Positions 1-12,100 of a stretch of DNA of 64,000 bases are shown piece by piece. A program made the position numbers and the translations under genes. Origin of the DNA: Thalia democratica (lineage: Eukaryota); NCBI GenBank assembly GCA_965202585.1, contig OZ241833.1, forward strand, positions 13,330,001 through 13,394,000, written 5' to 3'. The stretch's first letter is position 1; the number at the start of each line of letters is the position of its first letter. Below the pieces are notes generated by a model. The model saw only the letters and a list, made by a program, of their open reading frames with translations, did no database searches and was not told where the DNA came from.

Positions 1-3000
1 TATTATTTGAAAGAAGTATTTTATAATACTATTTTTTATTTAATATATCGTTAAAACCTTTAAGAACAGTGGTTTTAACGGTATGCGCCTACTGAGTTCA
101 TAATGTGCCCATAGTTATGCACTAAAGTAAATTTCCTTTTTTTTTTAATTAAGCTGTATTACTCAAAACTAAAACTAAATTAAGTCCTAGTATATTATTA
201 ATTTTTTTTTATTCAATTATTATTGTACCCTTACTTTTCTTATTAACGAACATCAGATTAATGTAAGCATTTTTAGTTTTTATTGCATTATCGCTTGTTT
301 GATTTTTATTTGGTTTAAAATAGTATTTTAGTAAAAATTACTAAAAATACTTTTTAACCAATGCAATCCGCGAGCATCTTTTCATTAAAGAATTGGCTCG
401 TAATTAAGAAAAGGCTGCTAACCTTATACTGTGCTAAAAATCAAAAACAACAATTGCGAGTGAAGGCTTCCTAAAGCATCTGAAAATATAATTTTTAAGT
501 TTTGGTCTCCCTTAATTAAATTTTCATGTTTAAGTTTGATACAAAAAATTAGCTAGTATGTTAGTTAGTAAATTATATAAAAATCTTGAATTTAAAAAAT
601 TGCTTTTTTCTCATAGATTTCTTTACTTTAGTATGCAAAAAGTTAATAACATAGAAGGCTAATATTTCTCTAGTTTTAGTAATATTTTCAAAAATAATAC
701 TATGTTTGAAACCTAAAATAACTTTTTTAGAAAAGAAAAATAAATACACGCTAATCAAATAACTTAAATAATTTTATTTAATATAATGCTTAAAAGTAAA
801 TTCTTCAAGTAGTAGTTTAACCTTTTTTGTTCTTCAAAACTAACAATTCTAACACCTAACATTCTTTATATACAACAATAGATATCTAATAAACATTAAG
901 ATATGGGCACCAGTTTTGTACAAGGATCACCAGGGGTCATAGTGTTTTCAAACAATTAAACATTTTTTAGTGCTCCTTTTTATGTCGATTTCATTTTTAA
1001 TTGACATTTTTATTGTTTGATCTTCGTAAAGTACAGCTAATAAACTTTTTGCTATCACCAAATAAAAAAACATTAGGTTGTATTAGTTGTATATTTTTCA
1101 AAACAACTGTTTCGGTACGCGAATACTTTTTATGCTGGTAACCTTTTGTTCTCATAAAAAATGTTAAACCCTTCACAGATTGTAGTGCTGATCATATTTT
1201 ATGAGCAGCGGAACTTCGTCAGTCAAAAAAAAAATTTGCAAATAAAAACAGTTATTTTTATTATCGACGGCATCTGCTTGTTTAAATCTCTAAGATGTAA
1301 CGCCTATTTAACGATATATCTGTTTATTTAAGGCATGTTAAAGTAGAGAGTTTTAGCATGAAATTAGAATATTTTTTGTTTAGCTTTTGCCTGAGCGTAA
1401 GAGGTAAAATAAACTAAGATTAGGAAAAAAATATAAATATAGTAAACAGGTTCATTAAAAAAATGATTAGCTGATAGAAAACATTTCATTTATTGTTTTT
1501 GTTTATAAAAATTTTGAATTTAAAAAAGCTGTGTTCAAAAAGCTTTATGCATCACAAAAACTGCCGTAAACTAACAGTTAAATGTGTTTACGTGTTCTTC
1601 TATTAGCAGCTCAGTAAAATACTGCTTATATTTACAGCAATTTTTCTAGCTACTTACTGTGCACAGATGTTGGTAGCTAGATGACCACTGCTTTAGAAAA
1701 GATGTTAAAGTAAAAGTGCATTAAGACCTTGCAAGGCATGCTGAAGCATTTTTTTCTAAAAATAATAAAACAAGTTCGTTATAATTAATAAGCGTTAGAT
1801 GTTTCGAAAAAAAAGCAGAATTTTTTTTTTTCCTCAATTGTATATAAATGCACATAAAAAAAATTAACGTAAAAAGAATAAATTATATTATAAATTAAAA
1901 TACAAGCTTTACATCGTGCAAGTAAGGTTAATACGAGTAAAACAAATAAAAATGTGGATTATTGAGTTTCGCATTGTAAAGTTATACTATTTTTCTAAGA
2001 TTAAATACTCCAACAAACTTTTTTCCCCTGTTTTATTCATTCTTTGTTTAAAATTTGCTTTGATAATTCAGATACTTATATCTCGAAGGTTAGGTGTAAT
2101 TTACTAAAAATTGTCATAATTTGAGCATTCGTAAACTTACCTGTTGTAAATTCTATGGTTTTTTAATTTTACATCGTCATGTTGTTAGTCTTGGAAAAAG
2201 TTATAATTAAGAGAACCACTAGATTTACAACGTTTAACTATAACGGACTTTAGTTTAAACTCTACTTTTACTAATTACATTCTTCTTGTTTTTTTATACC
2301 ACTACAAAGTTAAAAAGTATTGTACTTTAAATTCAACAGTTGTTTTTTATCCAAAAACTTATAAACAAATTTCTTAAAGATTACGTACATAGTGGACCCG
2401 AATCGCGTAGAACTTGAAATAGGGATAGGCAGTTAATTTTAGTAAGAAACTAATATATTTAAGTCTTTAGAAAATAAAGTTTTAATATCTTCCATTGTTA
2501 TTTGTGTCGTAACAGCTTGTAAATGTTTATTAAATGGTGAATTCGAATTACCGATCATGGAAAACAAAACGCTTTACTGAAATTTTTTGCTGTAACTTCA
2601 AAAGAAAAATTCTATAGGAAAGTTTCCCAAATTTATTTTATTATCGCCTACCTGGTATAAATTTATAAAATATTCATCTCTTTGATAGTAAGTTACCTAT
2701 TTACTTTTTGTCACTGACTATTGCCCCCTTTCAAAAACCATGTTTTACTGGGTTTTTTCGAGGAATTCGTCAGCTAATGAAACAAAAAAATTTTTTTGCC
2801 AAATTTAATTTTTTTTTTTCTAAAATGTACTAGTCTTATAATTTTGTTAGTTTTTATTTGTTTTTAAATTGTACTCAAAATTCCATAATTTTTGAAGGCG
2901 TACTAAGTTTAGCACAAAAAGGGGCAAAAACATATTTGATTTAAAGAAATGACAATTATACAATAGTCTTATTTAATGAAGTTTTAAAGTAGCTTTTGAA

Positions 3001-4949
3001 AATTAAATCAAAGCTTAGTTTGAGTAAATTAGTTTTTACATATTTATTTTTGAATGTTGATTTTATATTTTTAGATATCAAAGTTTGACCAAAGCAAATG
3101 CTTATTAAGCCTCGCGAGACATTCGTGGCTTTCTGACCAGTGATTCTAAGAAAAAATTTCAAAACTTGTCCACTTTTTATTTTCGGTTGCAAGTCCACTG
3201 CACGTATGTATAAAAATAGTGCTTTTAAGTTCAAACTAAAAATATTCCATTTACTAATTATCTTTTTTATTGTTTGCCTACAAAATAAAGTAAACAGTGT
3301 TGCAATATCATACGGTTCATTTGCATATAGTTTTTGCTCAACCTAGACAAATAAACATACCAGCCAGCAAAGTATTTACACTGCAAAAATTACCTACAAA
3401 TGTTGTAACTTATTATTTTAGTATAAAAGCAAAACGACAACAAAGATATCATTATTACAATTGGCTTACATTCTTTGAAAGTCGAAGTTTAGAGTAGATT
3501 AGTGAACTAAAAAACTAAATGCTAATATTTAATATTTAAAAATCCTAAAATGCTGATGAATAAAAGATCAAAATAATTTAAAACTTTAATAGATTGAAGA
3601 TTTGTAAGATAACTTTATAACTGTAAAGTCATTTAATCCTTGGTGTAAAAATGTTGACTAAAACTGTAAAGTGCACACTCGAAAAATACTTTAAAATAAG
3701 CAAACAAATAAATACTTTTAAATGCTTAAGAATCTTTTTTAATTTTTATAAAATTTATTTTAAAAGTCTAGTAAAAATTATTCTTAATATTTCATAAAAT
3801 TTAACTTTAGTCGTTAAATATAAAAACTTCAATTAAGAAAATATTTAGACATTAAAATTGTATTTTAGCTTAGTTTATATTTTTTTTACTTATTTTTTTT
3901 AAGAATAGATTTTAAAACAATTTAAAGTAATGATATTATTTAACTTTTACGAAATCAAAAATTCTACGTTTAATAGTATATATAAATAATAATAGTGTTC
4001 AAGTATATTAAAACTATCTATGATTAAATAACATTTTTTTTACTAAACTAGGTAGTTATTTTAATTCTAATATTTTATAATATAGAGTAAAATTTGATAT
4101 TCAATAGAAAATACTTCATTTTCTTTCAGTTTTCTAGCGTATCTATTTTTAAATTTTTATTATCTAAAAAAAAGTTAATAACTAAAAATAACATACAAAT
4201 TAAACTTATTACTAATTTTTAAAACTAAACTTGAAGAATAAATTTTCAATTAAAACTATGTAGTTTTAGTTTAAAAGAGATTAAAAACAGTTTAATTAGA
4301 CAAAATAAGCAAAAACTTAGGTAGCCTTAAGTTGACATTTGCATTTTCTTGTAATAAATTTTACAAGCAGTATATAAACAGAGCTATATTTTTAATTAAA
4401 CTCTAAAAATTTAAAACATGTACCAAACTAATTTAAATTAAATTAACAAAACATTAAAAACTGAGTAAGTAACAACTGTATAATACAAACTAAATTGTTC
4501 GAAGAGAACAAATACCCATTAGTAAATATCACAAGTTTGATTGTAAACATAAGTTATGTTGTAAACATAAATCATAAAGTATATCATTTTTAACAGCTTA
4601 TTTTATATATACTAAATCTTTTTTTTGTTGATAAATAGGGAATTTTTACCTAAAAATTGTAGAGTGTGCCTTGAAATAATGCCTTGAAACTAGCCATAAC
4701 GATACTTTTTTTAGTTTAGGACGTAGGTATATGTTAAAGAAGTTTAGTTAAATTTACTTTTATTAAATCTTAAGTATTTTAGAATAACTAACTGGTGTAG
4801 ATCAATGGTACACAGTTTTATGAAAACTTAATTGGTCAGTTGATCTAATATTGTTAAAACACTCTGTAACTAAAAAACAATTTTACTGAAAAATCTATAA
4901 TGATAAATTAGGCAAACTAAGTTAAACTGAAATACTTTTTTGTTGTTAT

Positions 4950-5096
4950 TTACAAAAAATAAATAAACGATGGTTTAAAAATCTACCAGTTTATTGCAAC
5001 ATTTTGTTCAAATTAATTTCGGACAACCGTCCTTTATCAGTGAACTATAAAACTAGTAGATCTATTTTTAAACCATCGTTTATTTATTTTTTGTAA
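4950..5096. repeat. Perfect 33-bp inverted repeat (4950-4982 / 5064-5096) enclosing a hammerhead-like motif
   Basis: ttacaaaaaataaataaacgatggtttaaaaat is the exact reverse complement of atttttaaaccatcgtttatttattttttgtaa. Confidence 0.8.
5006..5045 (-). ncRNA. Degenerate minimal type I hammerhead ribozyme motif (core G8 mutated to A)
   Basis: The minus strand reads GUUCA CUGAUAAA GGAC GGUU GUCC GAA AUUAAU U UGAAC: a 5-bp stem I, a 4-bp stem II and a palindromic stem III (AUUAAU). The core reads CUGAUAA instead of CUGANGA. Confidence 0.5.
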
Positions 5097-6030
5097 CTAC
5101 TGATGAAGGAAAAAAATCACTAGTAAAAACAATTGACTTGCGTCCTGGACCGATTTGCGAACTATTTATAAATCTTGTTGTTATTTAGATATTATTTGTT
5201 AAGTGTAGATGAAGAAATTTACTAATTTGAAGATACTTAAAAGTTAGCAGTAATAAGTCTTTAAAAGTATTTTTTACTTTTTTTTTCATAATAATATAGC
5301 CAAATACGTAGAATTAAAAGCAAGATATGCAATAAAAAAATACCTTTTGAAAAAGTTAAATTAAGTGAGTCTTTTTATAGCAGGGGTCCGTAGCTTTTTA
5401 TAAGTCACAGGCAAATTTTCTTTAAAAAAGTTGGCCGCGAGTCGCACTTTTAAAAAATCTTACGGGTCCAAGTTAATTGAAATAATTGTGGTAATTAACA
5501 AAAAGTTACTATTTTAAACTAAAAATGAGATAAAAGATTTAAAAAAAAAACACTAGTTACTTGTGAATATTAAATTTTGAGCCTAATTTAAAATTTTACA
5601 ACCAAACTTTTAATTTTTACAAAAGCATTTTTTTAGCTGAAAAGTAGATTGCAGGTCATAACTTTTTGCTTTTCGGGCTACAATTTTCTAACCCTGTTTA
5701 AAGAAAATAAAATACTCTTTTTATAGTATATTATATGTATAAAACTATATTTAAGTTCTATGGAAAATACTAGCCTAATTTTCATAATCTTATATTCAAA
5801 AGCTACTGTTTGTTTTTAGAAAATGTTTGTGAGTTTGCAAAATTTCTTTTTGCATATCAAGTTTAGTTTAGTTTGTGAGTTTAGTTGAATTACTACTTAA
5901 AGTAATTCGAAAACTGATAGATTACTAAGATTTGTTAATGTTATTTTTGTTTAAATTGTTAAACTTAAACAGTTGTAATATTTACGTAGCTTTAAAAATG
6001 TTTAATTATAGTAAAATAAATATACATATA

Positions 6031-6040
6031 TTAATTTTAG
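6031..6040 (+). promoter_or_regulatory. Candidate 3' splice acceptor about 30 nt upstream of the start codon (5' UTR intron or trans-splice site)
   Basis: ttaattttag|acgtaatctgagcatcaattgacgctgttATG resembles the acceptors used elsewhere in the gene. Confidence 0.3.
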
Positions 6041-6069
6041 ACGTAATCTGAGCATCAATTGACGCTGTT

Positions 6070-6135
6070 ATGGCTACGTCAAAAATCAAAAATTTGATAT
6101 GGTTGCTTCTCATATCAACTGCAGCAATTAATGCA
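6070..6135 (+). other. Predicted signal peptide of the Cys-rich protein
   Basis: MATSKIKNLIWLLLISTAAINA has a basic n-region, a hydrophobic core and a small-residue I-N-A cleavage context. It is followed by the first domain (TRESTMKVRDARKLRSAC...). It is the only signal-like segment in the array. Confidence 0.8.
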
Positions 6136-9100
6136 ACCCGAGAGTCCACAATGAAAGTTAGGGACGCTCGAAAACTGAGATCGGCCTGTCTTGAACAGTG
6201 TCCTATTTCTTGCCCCGAAGACACAATTGATCTTATGGAAGCCAGTTGTCGCTCTTCATGTCGAAAAAGTTAGTATATTTATTATATTTCAAACTTATAG
6301 GCTTGTTTTCAAACTCGTTAGCTTATAACATACTAGTTTATGTTTAAAAAAAAGTGTTATAACTTTATTTTTTACTGGGAAATTATTAAAAAGAGATTAT
6401 AATTTAAGAGGGAGGAATAGATTTTTACGACCAAGACTGTGAAGAATGTGTTCTAAAAACCGTTGGTGGAGCATGTTACGATTGTTTTGGACAATGTTTT
6501 CTTGAAAAGAACTACCCAGACCCAGAAGTGTTAGTAAAAACTTAACAATGTGTCAAGTTTTAAAGAGATTTTGAATGTATTATATTTCATACTTTTTCTT
6601 TATTCATAAAAAACTTGAGTTTTTGGTTTACGTTCAAAGTTTACAAATTTAATTTTTAGACACACTATTTTATTCTTATTTTTAACATGTAATTATAGAA
6701 CTTTTAACATAAAATAGCTACTACATTTTTTATTTATATTTAATTAAATCCAAAAAGTTTCTAAAGCAACTAAATAAGACAAAACCTAATTAAATATACA
6801 ATATATTTTAGCTACGAGCCTTCAGTGGTACCAGTAGATGATGCTCGCAAGCTTAGATCAGAGTGTCTTGAGTTTTGTCCAGTTAGCTGTCCTGCTGATA
6901 CAATAAAAATAATGGAAGGAAATTGTAAAAGATCGTGTCGAAAAGGTTTTGTTTTGTTACAAGCCAAAATCATGACCTAAAGTTTAAAAAGATATAAATT
7001 CGTATAAGAGTTATGGAGTTAAACTTAAACTACTTTAACTATTTTGAAAAATAAACTAGATAAAAAACATACAATTATATTTCCAAATAAACGTTTTAAG
7101 TATTTAAAAGTGTTGTTTTTAGCTTTTCTCACTATTATAAAACATGAAAATTGAATTACAAACATATATCTAGGTTCTGGCACTGCTTTTTACGATGAAG
7201 AATGTGAAAAATGTGTCATTGAAGTTCTTGGCATATCTTGTTGGGACTGCTTCGGTAAATGCTTTAGGGATCGAGGATATATTGATCATAAACTGTAAGT
7301 TTAGAAAAAGCTTGGAAATATTTTAATAAAAAAATAGTAATAATGTTTAACAAATTTGTCAAAAAAAAAAACTTAAACTTTACATTACATTGGTTTACAA
7401 AAACATATGAAAATAAGTTTATATGAAAGTAATATATTTTATGAATAAATTTTAGACTTCCAAATAATGCAGTAGTACAAGTTAAAATGGCAAGGCAAAT
7501 AAGATCAGTTTGTCTAGAAAAATGTCCTAGGGCCTGTCCATGGAACACCATACCTCTTATGAAGGCAAACTGTATTCCTTCATGTAGACAAGGTTGATTA
7601 GCTTAAAATTAATATAAGTTTAAGTACAAATATGTTATAGCATGTATACTCGAATATATTAAATAACGTATAAATGAATTTATTCTTTTAAGAATTTATT
7701 TTACAAACTAAGTTTCGGTCAAAGACCTCGTCAGTGCACTTAACAGAGCACTGATGAGGTCTTTGACAGAAACTTAATTTGTAAAACTAATTCTTGAAAG
7801 AATAAATTCATTATTTCTCTTCCTGTTTGTTTTCTAAAAACCAAAACATATAATAACGTAAATATACATATATATATATATATATACTTTTTACAACAGT
7901 TAACCAACGTACTATATTAAAAAAATGACAGATAATATAAAGCAGGTATTTTCTAATCTTTTTGTAGAAAAAAATTAACTAAAAAACACAAATAAGTTTT
8001 TTGTTTATAGAAAGCGGAACAGCATTTTACAGTCCAGACTGCGAGGCTTGCGTTATCAAAACGTTAGGAGGAGATTGTTATGATTGTTTTGGACAGTGCT
8101 TTTTAGATATGTATTATCCTGATCCAAAAGTGTTAGTTATGATTTACTTATACTTTTTAATTCTAAGGTTTTTTATTGTTTCTTTATAAATTTTTTGCCG
8201 TAATCATCGAGCTTATAAATATTTTTAAGAATTAATTTTAACAAGTTTTTACTTATTAAGCTTAAAAATCTAGAAATCAACATAGTTAGTTTTATTTTTT
8301 TCACCACCGTAGTTCATGACGTCATTAACTAGACTTTCTGGTACATTTTTTTAATTTAAATTATTTTTTAGATATGGTGAGCCAAATTTTCAAAACTTAA
8401 TTAGATATTATTATTTCTACTATAATATTTTTTTCTTTAATAAAACTTTTGAAAACTTTCTACAACCAAAATCTTATTATGTGGACCTTTTGGTACATTT
8501 ATGACTTTTTTTTTTAATTCAACCTATTTTTTATGAATAGCGCTTTGAAACTTTTATAAGAATACGAAATAACAAAAATTGAGTTGTATAAAGTTTGAAC
8601 TGTCAAGGAAACAAGTACCACATAACTATTGCAGTAAAGAAATACGTACAATTCAACAATCGTCATTATATATCTTTTATCATTATGCATGTTTTGAACA
8701 AATTGAAAATTATTCGTATAATAGTACTTTTATTAATCTAAATCAATACAAAATAACAGCTATGAACCATCAGTAAAGTCAGTCCCAGAAGCTAAGAAAC
8801 TTAGACAAGAATGTAAAGAGTTTTGTCCAAAAGATTGTCCGACAAATATGTTTACTTTAATGGAACAAAACTGCAAACGATCTTGCAGACTAGGTTACTT
8901 GAATTGTGAAACTCTTAGTACTGTAGCAGCTAAAAAATATATTAAAGCTTGTCTAAAATTCTATAAAAATAATTTAAAATAGGATCGGGAACGGCATTTT
9001 ACAATGAAAAATGTGAAGAATGTGTTATAACAGTTCTTGGACAACCTTGTTACGACTGTTTCGGCCAATGCTTTAGAAATAAAGGATACTTAGACCATAA

Positions 9101-12100
9101 ATTGTAAGTAACTTAGTTCCAATAAAGGGTAATTACCTTTTTTGTCCTTTTTCTAATAAAAATTTCTAGTAACTTTTTTTAAGTTGTAGGTTTTTATATA
9201 CTCATTAGTTTTGTAAACTAAAAAACTTCAATTACAATAAGATAAATGCTTATATAAAGATGCCAAAAATAACAACAAATTAATTCACTTTTTATGATAA
9301 CTCTGTTATGAAGTTTATATTGTATGGACAATAACTAAATTACAATAAAATAAATATAGGTGAAGTTTCGAGGCAAAGTCAAAATTTTCTAATTACATAC
9401 ATTAGCTTTTAATGAACTTTTTATATTAAGATTTTCAATTTTAGAGCACACATCGAAGGTAAATCTGTAGTTCCAGTAAAACAAGCAAGGCAAATGAGAA
9501 CCGATTGCCTTATTAAATGTCCGAAGTCATGCCCAGAAAATACAGTTGAATTAATGGAAGCTAATTGCAAACCATCATGCAGAAAAGGTACATACACATT
9601 TAGTAATTATTACTTATTTGCAAAAAATAACATATTTTACATTAGAGCACGGAACTGATTTTTATGATCCTGACTGTGAAGCTTGCGTTATCAGAGTTCT
9701 TGGAGGGGATTGTTATGATTGCTTTGGTCAATGTTTTGTAGACATGTACTACCCAGACCCTCACCTGTAAGTTTAAATGATTAAAACAAAAAAACAACAA
9801 AAACAAACATACTTTTACAGCTACGAAGCTTCAGTTGTACCTGTACCTGAAGCTCGTAAACTAAGATCTGAGTGTCTAGAGTTTTGTCCTACTGATTGCC
9901 CGAGCAACACCATCGAGTTAATGGAAGGAAACTGCAAGAGAGATTGCAGAAAAGGATCAGGAACTGCTTTTTATGATGAAGAGTGTGAAGCTTGTGTTCT
10001 GAGAATTCTTGGAAGATCATGCTGGGACTGTTTTGGTCAATGTTTCAGAAACAAAGGATATATTGATCACAAACTGTAAGATGATTTATACTTCACTACA
10101 AATAAGTAATATATAAGTAATACTTTTATTTCTATTAAGATTGATGTCTTTTCATTAATTTCATTAATTTATATTTAAAAGCTCTAATGTTTAACACATT
10201 TACCTTAAACGCTTATATTTAATGAACACAAATAGTGCAAATTTGGGAGGTCCTTCCATCGTTCCAGTTGAACATGCTCGCCCAATGAGATCTGAATGTT
10301 TAAGAAGATGTCCAGATGACTGCCCTACTAATACAATTGAACTTATGGAAGCCAACTGTAAACCTTCGTGTAGAAAAGGTTAATATTTCACTTTATAAAC
10401 TTCAATTATGTTTTTAATTAATAAAAAGATAAAAAAATTTGGTCAAATACTTGAGTAAAAAAGAAATTAATAAGTTTTAAACTAAACACAGCAAATTTTA
10501 TAAAAAAAGATTAAAATTATGATTAAAAGCTTTTTAATTACTTTCATACTGAAATTTTAGAAAATGGCACTGATTTTTATGATCCTGACTGTGAAGCTTG
10601 CGTTATCCGTGTTCTTGGAGGACCTTGTTATGATTGCTTTGGTCAATGTTTCATAGACATGTATTATCCTGACCCTCATCTGTAAGTATTTAAAAACAAA
10701 CTTAATTTTTATAGTTTTAAATCGTATTTTTACAGTCATGAACAATCTGTTGTACCGGTACCTGAAGCTCGTAAACTAAGATCTGAGTGTCTAGAATTTT
10801 GTCCTACTGATTGTCCGAGCAACACCATCGAGTTGATGGAAGGAAACTGCAAGAGAGATTGCAGAAAAGGATCAGGAACTGCTTTCTATGATGAAGAATG
10901 TGAAGCTTGTGTTTTAAGAGTACTAGGAAGATCATGCTGGGACTGTTTTGGTCAATGTTTTAGAAACAAAGGATATATTGATCACAAACTGTAAGTTTAC
11001 GAAATTTTCTAAAGCTGCTAATTTTAACAGAATAGCATTTCAATATATGATTTTAAATTATTTTTTGTATACTTAACGATTTTTTGAGTAATTATAAATA
11101 AATAAATATATATGTATAAACTAGTTACTATAAGAGTTTATTTAAACTAGAAAAAACTTTTAGTGCAAACTTGGGAGGTCCTTCTGTCGTTCCAGTTGAA
11201 CATGCTCGTCCAATGAGGTCTGAATGTATTAGAAGATGTCCAGATAGCTGCCCAAAAAATACAATTGAGCTTATGGAAGCGAACTGCAAACCTTCATGCA
11301 GAAAAGGTAAATAAAATAAGAAGACATAAAAAGTGCAAAACTACATGTATAATAAGTACAAAGTTTTAATTAGGTGTATAAAATCGTCATCTTAAAATAA
11401 CAATTTTAATGCTTTAACGTTCACTAGAAAATTTTTTTAGAGTCCATGTATAATAAATGCATTTACTCAAAAATCATTTTTGTGTTTAAAGTTTTATAAA
11501 TCATACGGTTTGTTTTTAACAAAACACTTGAACATATTGGAATTAAGATATATAAGTTCGCAGGTAAAAAGATATAAACGTAAATTAATTAAACAGAACA
11601 TGGTACTGACTTTTACGATCCTGACTGTGAAGCTTGCGTTATCCGAGTGCTAGGAGGACCTTGTTATGATTGCTTTGGTCAATGTTTCATAGAAATGTAC
11701 TATCCTGACCCCCATCTGTTAGTATACTGTTATTTGCTCTTTTATTTATTAAAATACTTATTTAACTTATTTTAGTCATGAACCTTCTGTTGTACCTGTA
11801 CCTGAAGCTCGTAAACTAAGATCTGAGTGTCTAGAGTTTTGCCCTACTGACTGCCCGAGCAACACCATCGAGTTGATGGAAGGAAATTGCAAGAGAGATT
11901 GCAGAAAAGGTTCAGGAACTGCTTTCTATGATGAAGAGTGTGAAGCTTGTGTTCTTAGAGTACTTGGAAGATCATGCTGGGACTGTTTTGGTCAATGTTT
12001 CAGAAATAAAGGATATATCGATCACAAACTGTAAGTAAAATAAAGATTCTGTTTAGAAAGTTTTTGGTAAACTTTCCTGTTGAAATAGATCAAGACTAAT

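Noticed and set aside
1183-1225. Hammerhead-like CUGACGA on the minus strand (also 2750-2775, 47291, 47390)
   Set aside because: There is no correctly placed GAAA or convincing stem II/III, so these are too degenerate to call.
573-3497. Short ORFs in the first 3.5 kb, and those at 45313, 48998, 50672, 60835, 62271, 62986, 63013 and 63375
   Set aside because: They have low-complexity F/I/K/L/N composition typical of AT-rich non-coding DNA, or are off-frame reads of transposon relics. No exon chain could be built.
5381-5696. Possible Charlie/hAT MITE (CAGGGG...CCCTG)
   Set aside because: Only about 5 bp of TIR match and the flanks (ttttatag versus tttaaaga) do not form a TSD.
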